Positions 39,817 through 50,597 of a stretch of 64,000 bases of DNA are shown in pieces. A program made the position numbers and the translations under genes. A model generated the notes under the pieces. That model was not told the DNA's origin, searched no databases, and was given only the letters and a program-made list of their open reading frames with translations. The stretch covers positions 1,984,001 to 2,048,000 of the forward strand of contig OZ241917.1 of the NCBI GenBank assembly GCA_965203805.1, written 5' to 3'. Numbering within the stretch: the first letter of the stretch is position 1; every line of letters starts with the position of its first letter. This stretch comes from Candidatus Latescibacterota bacterium. Lineage in GTDB: Bacteria; Latescibacterota; UBA2968; GCA-2709665.

Positions 39817-40199
39817 CAAAAGCCTCCTTATTTAAATGTCTCACGAGACAACCGCGGGCATGTCCCGCGGCCATGTATCCTCAGGCTGAAAACCGGTATC
39901 CGTGTATGACCCAACGGAAGCCGGAAACCGCTACGGCGGATGCAGCCATGTTCTAAGACTCGCGAGACGGCGGATTGTTTCTGTCCGGGTCCTGTTTCGG
40001 CGAAAACCGCGGCAAAAGACAGATTCGCCAGGCAATATGCGAGCGTTCAACCCGTGACGGCTATGCGTGGAAATCATGAACAAAACACTTGACATATCGA
40101 GAGAATCCTATTATCTAATCGTTTCGGCACCTTTCCGTCGATAAGTTCCAATTAATGGCAACGGAGTGGTCGGACCACAATAAAAAAGGAGATCGGTCG

Positions 40200-40544
40200 A
40201 TGGAGGTTAACACCGAGCGGGACAATGGCACCTTGATCGCGAAGGCTGAGGGTCGCGTCGATGGGTCCAACGCCCGAGAGTTCGAGGAAGCGCTCGATTC
40301 CGCGATCACCCAGCACGAAGATGGTCAGGCCGTGATCGTGGATTTTGAAGGGCTTTCATATATTAGCAGCGCAGGCCTCAGGGTCATCCTGCTGACCGCC
40401 AGAACGCTTCGAAAACAGGACAAGGAGTTCGTAGTCTGCTCTCTCTCTGACCCAATCAGGGAAGTCTTTGAAATCAGCGGATTCGACAAGATAATACCGG
40501 TTTACGCCTCCCGGTCGGAAGCGCTGGCAGCAGTTGGAGGATAG
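40200..40544 (+). CDS. STAS-domain anti-anti-sigma factor
   Basis: GRVDG.NA..FE..L...VIVDF..L.YISSAGLRV.L...EVFEISGFDKII; AAGGAG RBS. Confidence 0.93.
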   Translation: MEVNTERDNGTLIAKAEGRVDGSNAREFEEALDSAITQHEDGQAVIVDFEGLSYISSAGLRVILLTARTLRKQDKEFVVCSLSDPIREVFEISGFDKIIPVYASRSEALAAVGG

Positions 40545-40744
40545 CAACGGGTTGGTCCGGGACTTCTTCACCGAAGCACATGGCGTTCGTTGAGGAAGTA
40601 CCGCGGGTGGAAGTGGCATATAAGCCGTATCGGGTTCACGGGGCGATCAGCGGGTCATGGGCAGAATGGCCGGCGCGACCGGCGGGTTGTCCCCCGGCTG
40701 TCGGCGGTTCCACCTGAATCTCCCGCGAATCGGAAAGGCCGACC

Positions 40745-42418
40745 ATGATCGAAGACCTGCTGCCGATCGGTTTGCTCATCGTCGTCGCCAAGCTCCTTGA
40801 GTGCCTCCTCGACCGTGTCGGACTGAGTTCAATTGTCGCCTACACGGCGGCGGGATTAATCCTCGGCCCCATCGCGGGTATTGTTGAGCCATCCAGCAAG
40901 CTGCAGATCTTCCTTGGCATCGGCGTCTTCATCCTTTTTTTCCTCGTCGGCCTCGACGAAATAGACATCCCCGGCTTTGTGGCAACCATCCGGGGGCGTT
41001 TTTTTTGTGCAGCTATTGTTTCAGTTGTGATCTCGATGGTTGCTGCCATGGTGGTCACGTCGGACCTCTTCAACGTGGATTTCGCCCTCGAACTCGATTT
41101 CAGGGACGCGCTTGCGCTCGCCGGAATCCTCTCGATGTCGAGTCTGGGGCTTGTGGCGAAGGTGCTGGCAGACAGGGGATTTCTGAAAGAACCCCTTGGT
41201 CTCGAGATATTCACCACGGTCATCATCGCCGAGATGGTCACACTCCTGGTCGTGGGATTCAGCATCGGAGAACATACCATCGGCGCACACGACCACCTCT
41301 GGGGAGGCGCCGCCAGCGTGGTATTCCTGCTCGCGCAGGTCGCGGCTTTCGCGGTTGTGGCGTGGATTCTGTCCGCCAGAGTGATGCCGCCGACAATTCT
41401 CTTTCTGAAACGACTCTTCAACGTCCCCGAGTTGTCGTTCGGATTGCTGATTGGCGGCCTGTTTCTGATGGTTGTCGTTGCCGAAGAGATGGGGCTTCAC
41501 GGGGCCCTCGGCGCCTTGCTTTTCGGCGCGGCACTGTCGGGGCTGCCGCGTCAGGTGCACAATGACGTTATGCCCGGCATTCGGAGCGCGGCGGAAGGCC
41601 TGTTTGTTCCTCTCTTTTTTGCGTCGGCCGGTTTGCGGCTCGATTTATCGTTCCTCTCGCTGCCGGTGGCAACCATCATCGCGGTGCTGACGGTTCCCGC
41701 GGCGGGAAAGTTCGCCGGCGCATTCATTGGTGCCTATGTGGCTCGACTCGACAAACCGTACGCGCAAGCGGCCGGACTGATGGCGAAAGGTGTGGCCGAG
41801 ATCGCGCTTCTGCTGGTCCTGCTGGAAAACGGCGTGATCGGACAGGACGTGTTCTCGCTGGTTGTGCTCGCGATGTTCGGCTACATCGTGCTGATGCCGC
41901 AGGCAATATCATCCGCGGTCAACAAAGCGCGCCTGACCCACCGCCCGACGCCGCCGGACGTTGTACCGACCTCCTTCGCGCGTCGCGCCCTCGACGACAT
42001 CACGGCCGGTCACGTTCTGGATCCGTCAAGGTCGTATCCCGATGTATCGCTGTCAATCAGAAAATTCGCAGATGACTGGATCGTGCCGGATCAACAGGAC
42101 TACGTCGTCGTCGACAACGGCGCCGTTGCGGGGACCGTTTCGCCGGCACGGCTGACGTCTGTCCCGATGGGATCCTGGGCGGACACACCGCTCCAGCGTG
42201 TGCTCCGACCGGACCCGCCCCATGTCGAACCCGACGAGCCCATTGCAGACGTCCTTCAAAAGCTGTCGCGCCACTCCATGTCGGTGATACCGGTCCGGGA
42301 CAAGGAGTCACACGATTTCCTGGGCACCATTACCAGTCACGACGTTATCGACCTCGTCCTTCTGATGGATGAAATCGCCGACGAGTTGAAGGAGATGGAA
42401 AGCCACACGGCGAATTGA
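40745..42418 (+). CDS. Cation:proton antiporter (CPA2-like) with C-terminal CBS-like pair
   Basis: About 12 TMs, GLILGP, LFVPLFFASAG, GKFAGA; C-terminal IPV.D......GTIT..D. Confidence 0.85.
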   Translation: MIEDLLPIGLLIVVAKLLECLLDRVGLSSIVAYTAAGLILGPIAGIVEPSSKLQIFLGIGVFILFFLVGLDEIDIPGFVATIRGRFFCAAIVSVVISMVAAMVVTSDLFNVDFALELDFRDALALAGILSMSSLGLVAKVLADRGFLKEPLGLEIFTTVIIAEMVTLLVVGFSIGEHTIGAHDHLWGGAASVVFLLAQVAAFAVVAWILSARVMPPTILFLKRLFNVPELSFGLLIGGLFLMVVVAEEMGLHGALGALLFGAALSGLPRQVHNDVMPGIRSAAEGLFVPLFFASAGLRLDLSFLSLPVATIIAVLTVPAAGKFAGAFIGAYVARLDKPYAQAAGLMAKGVAEIALLLVLLENGVIGQDVFSLVVLAMFGYIVLMPQAISSAVNKARLTHRPTPPDVVPTSFARRALDDITAGHVLDPSRSYPDVSLSIRKFADDWIVPDQQDYVVVDNGAVAGTVSPARLTSVPMGSWADTPLQRVLRPDPPHVEPDEPIADVLQKLSRHSMSVIPVRDKESHDFLGTITSHDVIDLVLLMDEIADELKEMESHTAN

Positions 42419-42542
42419 CTCCGCACGCGACCATCCGTAACACAATGGGCCGCGAACGAAGCGCGATCCGGCTACAAACCGTTAACGCAAATCCGCCGGT
42501 TTTGGAAGTTCAGCAAACCATCCTATCCCTGGGTAATTCGAA

Positions 42543-43712
42543 ATGTCAGTACTCCCGTACAAAATTCTGGTAGTGGACGACGAGCCCGACCTCGAACCGC
42601 TTATGCTGCAGCGAATGCGGCGTCCGATCCGCCGGGGCCGTTACACGTTCGTATTTGCGCGAAACGGGATCGAGGCTCTCGAACGGTTGAACCAGGATGA
42701 CACCATCGATATGGTGCTATCCGACATCAACATGCCCCAGATGGACGGGCTTACGCTGCTCGAGCAGATACCTAAAGTAGACCCGAACATCCGTTCCGTG
42801 ATTATCTCTGCCTATGGCGACATGAAGAACATCCGGATCGCCATGAATCGCGGCGCGTTCGATTTCGTCACCAAGCCTATCGACTTCTCGGACCTCCAGG
42901 TGACCATTGATCGGACGATGCGCCATCTGATCGAGTGGCGGGAAGCGCTCGAGTCCCGGGACAAGCTGATTGCGCTTCAGAACGAACTCGACGTGGCAAG
43001 CAAAATGCAACAGTCGATCCTGCCAACACGGTTTCCAGAGAACCCTGCCTACCAGGCATACGGGAGCATGGAACCCGCTCGAAACGTCGGCGGTGACTTC
43101 TTCGACATTATTCGACTCGAAGACGGTCGTCTCGGCATTGCGATCGCCGATGTTTCGGACAAAGGCGTTCCCGCAGCCCTCTTCATGATGTCGAGTCGTA
43201 CGGTGTTGCGGGGCGCGGCAATCGGAACCTCAAACCCCGGTGAGGTGTTGTTCGAAATGAACAATTCGCTGTTCGAGAACAATGAAGCCGCGATGTTTGT
43301 TACCGTCTTCTACGCGGTGTTCGATCCCGTGAACCGGCAGTTCACATACGCCAACGGCGGCCACAATTCTCCGCTGATCGTCAACTCTGACGGCCAGGCG
43401 ACCATGCTTCCCCTCACGGGTGGAATCGCACTTGCCATGATGCCGGATATCGAATACGGATACAATTCCGTCACGCTTGCACCCGGCGATACGGTCGTTC
43501 TATACACTGACGGCGTGACGGAAGCCATTGACGAGTCGGAGGAAGAATTCGGCGTCCAACGCCTGCAAAGCGTTTTCTCGAGTGCGCCGCCGGGCGACGC
43601 ACGACAGGCAAACGGTGCGGTCTTCGATGCGGTGAATGACTTCGTAGGGGAAACTCCCCAGTTCGACGATATAACCTGCGTTACGTTTCGGTACAGGGGG
43701 GAAGAGACGTGA
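42543..43712 (+). CDS. Response regulator receiver + PP2C (SpoIIE/RsbU) phosphatase
   Basis: ILVVDDE, DINMP.MDG, KP; VGGDFFD, IADVSDKGVPAA, MFVT, YTDGVTEA, QFDDIT. Confidence 0.95.
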   Translation: MSVLPYKILVVDDEPDLEPLMLQRMRRPIRRGRYTFVFARNGIEALERLNQDDTIDMVLSDINMPQMDGLTLLEQIPKVDPNIRSVIISAYGDMKNIRIAMNRGAFDFVTKPIDFSDLQVTIDRTMRHLIEWREALESRDKLIALQNELDVASKMQQSILPTRFPENPAYQAYGSMEPARNVGGDFFDIIRLEDGRLGIAIADVSDKGVPAALFMMSSRTVLRGAAIGTSNPGEVLFEMNNSLFENNEAAMFVTVFYAVFDPVNRQFTYANGGHNSPLIVNSDGQATMLPLTGGIALAMMPDIEYGYNSVTLAPGDTVVLYTDGVTEAIDESEEEFGVQRLQSVFSSAPPGDARQANGAVFDAVNDFVGETPQFDDITCVTFRYRGEET

Positions 43713-44125
43713 GCGCGAGACAATCCTTTCGTATCGGCGCGGATCTCGACGAATTGCGGCGGGTTGCCGAAGCAGCCGAGGAACTGGGACTGCAGGAAGA
43801 CTGGTCGCCAGCCCTGGTGCACCAGGTAGATCTCGCCATCGAGGAATTTGGGAACAACATTGTCCGACACGGGCTCGCGGGCGGTCCGGGCGAGATAGAG
43901 ATTACGCTGACCTCGGACGCCGAAGCGATCATGATCGAGATTTCGGACGACGGCCAACCCTTCAATCCACTTAAGGACGCGCCGAAACCCGACCTGGAAG
44001 CCGCGCTCGAGGATCGACCCATCGGCGGACTCGGCATTCACCTGGTACTTACGATGATGGATGAGATGCACTACCGGCGAGAGAACGAAAGGAATCATCT
44101 GACACTGGTGAAGCGGAGGGTCTGA
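43709..44125 (+). CDS. RsbW/SpoIIAB-like anti-sigma serine kinase
   Basis: LAIEE...NIVRHG, ISDDG.PFNP, GGLGIHLV..MMD. Confidence 0.92.
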   Translation: MSARQSFRIGADLDELRRVAEAAEELGLQEDWSPALVHQVDLAIEEFGNNIVRHGLAGGPGEIEITLTSDAEAIMIEISDDGQPFNPLKDAPKPDLEAALEDRPIGGLGIHLVLTMMDEMHYRRENERNHLTLVKRRV

Positions 44126-45306
44126 TGAGATTCGCGTTCCGCGTGTCGACGAGGTTCGTTGTCGCTTTGATCGCGCTGGCGCCCGCCATTGAGGGCGGCG
44201 AGTTGGAAACGGGAGTCTCGGACACAAGCATCGTTTTCGGCCAGTCCGCCGCTTTCACAGGTCCCGCCGCGCAACTCGGCACCGACATGAAACGTGGTAT
44301 CGAAGCGGCATTTCACGAGATCAACCAGCGCGGCGGTGTCCACGGCAGACGGTTGGGGCTCGTTTCTCGCGATGACGCATACGAGCCGGAAGCCGCCATT
44401 GCAAACACGCTCTACCTCATCAACGAGGCACAGGTGTTCGCACTCATCGGCGCCGTGGGCACGCCCACGTCCCGTTCAGCCACACCGGTCGCTGCGGAAG
44501 CCAATATTCCATATATCGCTCCGTTTACGGGTGCGGCGTTTCTCCGTGAAGCCAAATGGAACAACGTGATCAACCTGAGGGCGTCGTACGACCAGGAGAC
44601 GGAAGAAATGGTGGCGCGCCTGACTGGCGACCTGGGTATCAAGCGTATCGCCGTCCTGTACCAGGACGATTCCTTCGGCCGTGCCGGGTACCACGGCGCG
44701 CGTCGCGCACTCGAACGGCGCGGTATGGAGGCTGTGGCCGTGGGTTTGTATCCGCGCAATACAACGGCAGTGAAAACAGCATTGCTCGACTTGCGCATGG
44801 CGACTCCCGAGGCGGTGATTCTGATTGGCGCGTATGGTCCGGTTGCCACGTTTATCGCGTGGGCGCGGCACATCGGTTGGGACCCTGTTTTCATTACGAT
44901 CTCTTTCGTGGGCAGCAATGCGCTCGCCAGGCAGTTGGGCCCCGCGGGAGCGGGAGTCTACGTCACCCAGGTCGTGCCGTTTCCCGACGACGACGTCTTC
45001 CCTGTCGCATCGGCCTATCGACGGGCACTCGCAACGTTCGAGCCCGGTGCAGCTCCAGGGTTCGTCTCCTTCGAAGGGTACCTGGCCGGTCGCCTCGCCA
45101 TCGCCGCCCTCCAGCGTTGCGGCCAGGACGTAAGACGGGCCGCTTTTCTCAACAGCCTTCGCAATACCAGAATTGTCGATATCGACGGATTTGAACTGCG
45201 ATACGGCAGCCAGGACAATCAGGGGTCGGATGCCGTTTTCCTGACCATGATCAATCGTAACGGCCGCTACTATCCAATCGATAAGCTCCAGGACGCGGAG
45301 CCGTGA
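44125..45306 (+). CDS. Periplasmic ligand-binding protein (PBP type 1)
   Basis: FGQSAAFTGPAA.LG, DDAYEP, VFALIGAVGTPT, RASY.QE, VTQVVPFP. Confidence 0.9.
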   Translation: MRFAFRVSTRFVVALIALAPAIEGGELETGVSDTSIVFGQSAAFTGPAAQLGTDMKRGIEAAFHEINQRGGVHGRRLGLVSRDDAYEPEAAIANTLYLINEAQVFALIGAVGTPTSRSATPVAAEANIPYIAPFTGAAFLREAKWNNVINLRASYDQETEEMVARLTGDLGIKRIAVLYQDDSFGRAGYHGARRALERRGMEAVAVGLYPRNTTAVKTALLDLRMATPEAVILIGAYGPVATFIAWARHIGWDPVFITISFVGSNALARQLGPAGAGVYVTQVVPFPDDDVFPVASAYRRALATFEPGAAPGFVSFEGYLAGRLAIAALQRCGQDVRRAAFLNSLRNTRIVDIDGFELRYGSQDNQGSDAVFLTMINRNGRYYPIDKLQDAEP

Positions 45307-47504
45307 TCCGTACTCTGAAACAGCTTCTCAAAGGGCGCTTCCGCATCGCCACGCAACTCTATCTGGGAATCGGTGGCGCGGTTGCCATAACCATGGTTGC
45401 GAGTCTGGTCGGATGGTTCTCATTTGACCTCGTCGGCGATATCCAGAACCGCGTGAACGAGGGCAGCGTCCCGGAAATGGCCGCCGCGTTTGGCGTCGCC
45501 CAGCAGAGCGGTACCCTGGTCGCCGCGGCACCCCGTTTGACCTCGGCCGCTACGGTGGCCGACTTCGTTCGAGTCAAGGCGGATATTGCCGCAGAGCGCA
45601 GGGCGTTCGAATCACAGTTGGCAGCCCTGGTGCAAAGGGACACCCGGAAGGAAGACGAGGAGCGTTTCAGCCGAATACACAGCTATGCCGCCGCGCTGAT
45701 GTCCAACATCGACGCGATTGAGCGTGAGGTCGCCGAGCTGTTCGAGGTCAACTCGCGCAGCGAAGAACTGCGTGCGGAACTGTCCAATCTTCGGTCGAAA
45801 TTGTTCGGCATGCTCATTCCGGCCATCGACGACCAGTTGTTCTACGCGATGACAGGCTACCGTACCATCGGCCAGCCGCCCGCGCCCCGCGAGCGGCACT
45901 TTTCGGACGAAGAATTCGATCGGTACCGCCACCTCGCCGATCTAAAGGCCGATGCCACCATCGCGACACAGCTGCTGTCCAGCTCATTCAATCTGTCGGA
46001 CGCACTCCTGCTGGAGCCGTTGCGCGAACGCTTTGAGGCCGCTGCCGGGCGCATCGAGCGCAGCCTGTCGGCACTGGGTACATCACCATGGCGCGACCAG
46101 ATCGCACCGCACCTGAAGTGGCTCTTCGAACTGGGTCTGGGCGAACAGGGCGGGTTCGACCTTATCGTACGTGAGTTCGAGCTGACCGACCGGCAGCGCA
46201 ACCTTCTGCAGGACAACCTGAGTCTTGAAATCAAGCTCGGCGCGGAAGTCGAGGGTCTCGTCAGCGCTGCCCGCGAACGCACACGCGAGGCCACGCTGGC
46301 ATCTACACGGGCCATTGGTACCGGTCGCAGCGTACTGCTGGGACTGAACGTGGTCAGCATCACCGGCGCCCTGCTGATCGCGTGGCTCTTTGTCGGCCGC
46401 GTGCTATTGCGACGGCTCGAACGGCTGTCGAACAGAATGCAGGGGATGGCCGACGGCGACCTGGAAGCCAAAGTCGATATCAGCGGAAACGACGAAGTCG
46501 CGGATATGGCGGCGGCACTGGAGGTATTCAGGCGGCATGCCCTTGAAGTCCAACGCCTGAACCTCGTGGAAAAACTCGCAGAGGAGTTACGGGAGAAGAA
46601 CGAACAGCTGGAAGCCGTGTTGGAAGACCTCCGACGGGCGCAGGACCAGATCGTGATGCGTGAGAAACTGGCGGCGCTCGGCGAACTCACCGCCGGGGTC
46701 GCCCACGAGATCAAAAACCCGCTGAACTTCGTCAAGAACTTCTCCGAGGTCTCCCAGGAACTTCTGGAGGAACTTGGAGAGGAACTCCAGGACACGCTCA
46801 GCGAAGAAGGTGGTGAACTTGACGAAGAGGGGCGCGAACTCGTCCAGGAAATATGCCAGGACCTCAACGACAACCTCGCACGCATCCGGGAACACGGCGA
46901 GCGGGCTAACCGGATCGTCCAGGACATGCTTTCAATGGGCCGGGGCTCGGCTCAGCGACAGGCCACCAACATCAACAACCTGCTCGACGAACACGCCCGG
47001 CTCGCCTACCATAGCGCCAGGGCGAGCGACACCGAATTCCAACTCGATATCAAACAGGATCTGGACCCTTCCGTTGGTGACGTCGAGGTAGTACCTCAGG
47101 ACCTCGGCCGCGTATTCCTGAACATGGTAAGCAACGCCTGCCATGCAACCGACGAGAGACGACGCGCCGTCGAACAGTCGGAAGACAATAAGGGTTCTTA
47201 CATGCCCACATTGTGGTTGACGACCCGACGTGACCCGGAACATCTGGTCGTGAGCATCCGGGACAATGGTACCGGGATGCCACCGCACGTCGTAGAAAAG
47301 ATCTTCAACCCGTTTTTCACCACGAAACCGACAGACGAGGGTACCGGGCTCGGTCTTGCACTTTCCAACGATATCGTACGCGAGCATGGAGGCAGCATCC
47401 GGGTCGAAACCGAGCCCGGTGAATATACCGAGATGATTGTAGAGATTCCCCTGGAAGCGCCCGCGTTTGTGGCGGAGGAGACCAACGATGGGGATGCGCC
47501 CTGA
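45303..47504 (+). CDS. Sensor histidine kinase (TorS-like sensor, HAMP, HisKA, HATPase)
   Basis: Two TMs around a helical sensor; AGVAHEIKNPLNF, N/G boxes DNGTG, FFTTKP..GTGLGL. Confidence 0.93.
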   Translation: MIRTLKQLLKGRFRIATQLYLGIGGAVAITMVASLVGWFSFDLVGDIQNRVNEGSVPEMAAAFGVAQQSGTLVAAAPRLTSAATVADFVRVKADIAAERRAFESQLAALVQRDTRKEDEERFSRIHSYAAALMSNIDAIEREVAELFEVNSRSEELRAELSNLRSKLFGMLIPAIDDQLFYAMTGYRTIGQPPAPRERHFSDEEFDRYRHLADLKADATIATQLLSSSFNLSDALLLEPLRERFEAAAGRIERSLSALGTSPWRDQIAPHLKWLFELGLGEQGGFDLIVREFELTDRQRNLLQDNLSLEIKLGAEVEGLVSAARERTREATLASTRAIGTGRSVLLGLNVVSITGALLIAWLFVGRVLLRRLERLSNRMQGMADGDLEAKVDISGNDEVADMAAALEVFRRHALEVQRLNLVEKLAEELREKNEQLEAVLEDLRRAQDQIVMREKLAALGELTAGVAHEIKNPLNFVKNFSEVSQELLEELGEELQDTLSEEGGELDEEGRELVQEICQDLNDNLARIREHGERANRIVQDMLSMGRGSAQRQATNINNLLDEHARLAYHSARASDTEFQLDIKQDLDPSVGDVEVVPQDLGRVFLNMVSNACHATDERRRAVEQSEDNKGSYMPTLWLTTRRDPEHLVVSIRDNGTGMPPHVVEKIFNPFFTTKPTDEGTGLGLALSNDIVREHGGSIRVETEPGEYTEMIVEIPLEAPAFVAEETNDGDAP

Positions 47505-49008
47505 TCTCAGACACTTGCCGGTGTTGATATTCGCCGTATGCCTGCCCTGGGGCTGCAGCGGCGACCGTTCGGTTGCGCCGTCGGCCTCCGGGGTAGAGGA
47601 ACAGACGGTTCAATCGCTTGGCAAACTGGCTGCCGGAGGCGTTACCGCGCGGGCCGTTGTGTTGGCAACCGTGAGGCAGGACGGCGTGCCTTTGGATGGC
47701 GTTGCCGTCGCACTCGCCCGTTCGGTTTCCGGACTGGCGCCGGTTTTCACATGGACAGACACGACGGATGCGTATGGACGAGTGCGCTTGGATATCGCCG
47801 TCGTTCGCGGCAGCTATTTCAGGGCCCGCGCCACTCGCGGCGGTAGCCAGCTGGGTTTCTGGTCGAGCATTCCAGTCAACGGTGGACAAAGAGTGACGGT
47901 CGACCTGCCCGTTGGCGGGACGGCGCGGGTGACCGACACGTCGAACCTCGAGTCGGGGCGCCTTCCGGCGGCGATTCGGGTCGGTGTCGTTCTTCCCCTG
48001 TCGGGTGACGGCTCGTCTGTCGGCCGTTACGTAATAAACGGTATGGAACTTGCGCGAGAAGAGGTCAACCGGTATGAACTTGACGCCTCAACATTGGAAT
48101 TTATCGTCGAAGACAGTGAGAGCAGTGCGAGTGTCACGGCAACGGCTTTCGAAAAGCTGATTCACGAAGATAAAGTTTCGGTCATCCTCGGACCGGGATA
48201 CTCCTCATCAGCCGCGGCGGCATTTCCGATTGCCCAGCAAAACAACGTCGTGGCGTTCAGCCCGACCGCGGCGGCCGCCGGATTGGGAGCGATTGGCGAC
48301 TTCGTGTTCAGGGTCCCCGCGCCTGTAAGTCGGATTGCACAGAGCACGCTTGAGGTTGCAACCGCGAAGCTGAACTTGAAGAGCGTTGCCGTCATCTACG
48401 ACAGCACCGACGTTTTTTCTCGGAGCGGTTACGAGGAAACCGTTAAGGCACTTGATGAATTGGGGGTCGAGAGGCTTGCAGTCGAGGCGTTCGCAACCGG
48501 ACAGACAGATTTTACCGCGGCACTGGCTCGAATAAACGACGTGAGACCTGACATCATTCTGGTCTGGACCCGGCCGATACAAAGGGTCGCAATTCCAGTG
48601 CAGGGCCGCCGGCTTGGCATCCCTTACGAAATTCCATTTCTCGTTTTCGGCTTCGCTTCGAGCCAGATCGAACCGGCGGGCGCCGCGGCAGAAGGGTTGA
48701 TAACGGGGACTGTCTGGTCACCTTCAATCGATACACCGAGAAATCGTGCATTTATCGAGAATTACCGCCATAAATTCGGCGGCGATCCCAATCTGTTCGC
48801 GGCGGAAGGATATGTATGTGTTCGCATTCTTGCGGCCGCAATTGCGGCGACCGGATCCATCGTATCTGAATCCGTCAGGGACGCGCTGGCAGCAATCGAT
48901 ATGCCGACCGTTGTCGGACCATTCGCTTTCGACTCGAATGGAGACCCGACCTATCCTGCGGTCCTGCAGGTGGTCAGGAACGGCAGATTCGAAACACTGG
49001 GGAATTGA
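47488..49008 (+). CDS. Lipoprotein: shared N-terminal beta-domain + LivJ-like binding domain
   Basis: PWGC lipobox-like; paralogue of 11230..12750 (FP.AQQN.VVAFS...A.GL.AIGDF.FR). Confidence 0.85.
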   Translation: MGMRPDLRHLPVLIFAVCLPWGCSGDRSVAPSASGVEEQTVQSLGKLAAGGVTARAVVLATVRQDGVPLDGVAVALARSVSGLAPVFTWTDTTDAYGRVRLDIAVVRGSYFRARATRGGSQLGFWSSIPVNGGQRVTVDLPVGGTARVTDTSNLESGRLPAAIRVGVVLPLSGDGSSVGRYVINGMELAREEVNRYELDASTLEFIVEDSESSASVTATAFEKLIHEDKVSVILGPGYSSSAAAAFPIAQQNNVVAFSPTAAAAGLGAIGDFVFRVPAPVSRIAQSTLEVATAKLNLKSVAVIYDSTDVFSRSGYEETVKALDELGVERLAVEAFATGQTDFTAALARINDVRPDIILVWTRPIQRVAIPVQGRRLGIPYEIPFLVFGFASSQIEPAGAAAEGLITGTVWSPSIDTPRNRAFIENYRHKFGGDPNLFAAEGYVCVRILAAAIAATGSIVSESVRDALAAIDMPTVVGPFAFDSNGDPTYPAVLQVVRNGRFETLGN

Positions 49009-49087
49009 TCGCACGTCGCGGCGTCGCCGAAGATGCCCTTCGATACCGACTACATAAACCGCAACCGGAAATATTCAGGCTGTCGCC

Positions 49088-50521
49088 ATGGATTTCGACA
49101 CGTACGCTCTGGATCGGGAGTTTTACGACGAGATGTTTCTTCCGGACGGTAGTCCCAGGGAGCACTGCCGACCGCTTTTCGAAGCACTGAGCGATCTCTC
49201 CAGGGAAGAACTTTCGAGCATCCAGGAACGGGTAACGCGTTCTTTTGCCAACGAGGGGATAACGTTTACCGTATACGGCGACGAGGAAGCCACGGAACGC
49301 ATCATTCCGGTCGACTGCCTGCCGCGGGTCCTATCCGGCGCCGAATGGGGTCAACTCGTCAGCGGACTCACCCAGCGCCTCGCCGCCCTCAATCGATTTC
49401 TCCAGGACATATATAACGAGGCACGCATCATAGAAGACGGCGTGATCCCGGCGGATATGGTTAAGGGTTGCCCGCAGTACCGCGTGGAAATGCGCGGCGT
49501 TTCTCCGCCCCATGGCGCCTGGGTTTCCGTCTGTGGAACCGACCTCCTTCGCACCAACGACGGCTTTCTGGTCCTCGAAGACAACCTGCGCGTCCCCTCG
49601 GGCGTTTCGTATATGGTGGCGAATCGCAAGGCGGTGAAGGCAGGTCTGCGCCGCCTATACAGGCGTTCACGCGTACAGGACGTGGAACATTACGGCAGGT
49701 TGCTGCGCGAGATTCTGGTCGAGCTTGCTCCGGGGGGGCGTTCCGATCCCTGCATCGTGCTGCTGACGCCAGGCGTTTACAATTCGGCTTTTTACGAGCA
49801 CATGTTTCTTGCTCGCGAGATTGGCGCGGCGCTTGTCGAGGGACGGGACCTCCTCGTCTACGACGGCTTTGTCTACATGCGCACCACCACCGGCCTCCGG
49901 CGGGTGGACGTGGTCTATCGGCGCGTCGACGACGACTTTCTCGACCCGCTGGCCTTCCGCGCGGATTCCCTGCTCGGCGTGCCCGGCTTGCTCCACGCCT
50001 ACAAATTGGGCAACGTGACGCTTGTGAACGCGCCAGGCACGGGCGTGGCCGACGACAAGAGCGTCTATGCCTACGTTCCGGATTTCATACGCTACTACCT
50101 GGGAGAAGAGCCCATACTGGCCAGCGTCGAGACTTACCTGTGCCGCCATCCGGAACAGCTTGAATACACGCTGGATAACCTTGAGAACCTTGTTGTAAAG
50201 CGTGTTGGTGAGTCGGGGGGTTACGGCATGCTGGTCGGGCCCCACGCCACGCCCGAGGAACGCGAGGATTACGCCAGGGAGTTGCGTGCCGACCCCGCCG
50301 ACTTCATCTCCCAGCCGGTTCTGTCGTTTTCCCGCTCCCCGTGCCTGGTGGACGGCCGGTTCGAACCGCGGCACGTCGACCTGCGTCCATTTGTACTCCA
50401 CGGCCGGGAGACGCGCATCGTACCCGGCGCATTCTGCCGGGTTGCCCTGCGTCGAGGCAGCATCGTCGTGAACTCCAGTCAGGGGGGAGGCGGGAAGGAT
50501 CTCTGGGTCCTGGAAAACTGA
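49088..50521 (+). CDS. Circularly permuted type 2 ATP-grasp protein
   Basis: YDEM, GITFTVYG, VLEDNLRVPSGVSY, YNSAFYEH.FLA, YRRVDDDFLDP, NAPGTGVADDK, HVDLRP, VVNSSQGGG.KD.W. Confidence 0.95.
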   Translation: MDFDTYALDREFYDEMFLPDGSPREHCRPLFEALSDLSREELSSIQERVTRSFANEGITFTVYGDEEATERIIPVDCLPRVLSGAEWGQLVSGLTQRLAALNRFLQDIYNEARIIEDGVIPADMVKGCPQYRVEMRGVSPPHGAWVSVCGTDLLRTNDGFLVLEDNLRVPSGVSYMVANRKAVKAGLRRLYRRSRVQDVEHYGRLLREILVELAPGGRSDPCIVLLTPGVYNSAFYEHMFLAREIGAALVEGRDLLVYDGFVYMRTTTGLRRVDVVYRRVDDDFLDPLAFRADSLLGVPGLLHAYKLGNVTLVNAPGTGVADDKSVYAYVPDFIRYYLGEEPILASVETYLCRHPEQLEYTLDNLENLVVKRVGESGGYGMLVGPHATPEEREDYARELRADPADFISQPVLSFSRSPCLVDGRFEPRHVDLRPFVLHGRETRIVPGAFCRVALRRGSIVVNSSQGGGGKDLWVLEN

Positions 50522-50597
50522 AGAGACCGAATCCGAAGACGTTGGATGGTTAAGTCACGTATTTTGCCATTGCGGCGAAACCACGAAAGGAGAGGGT

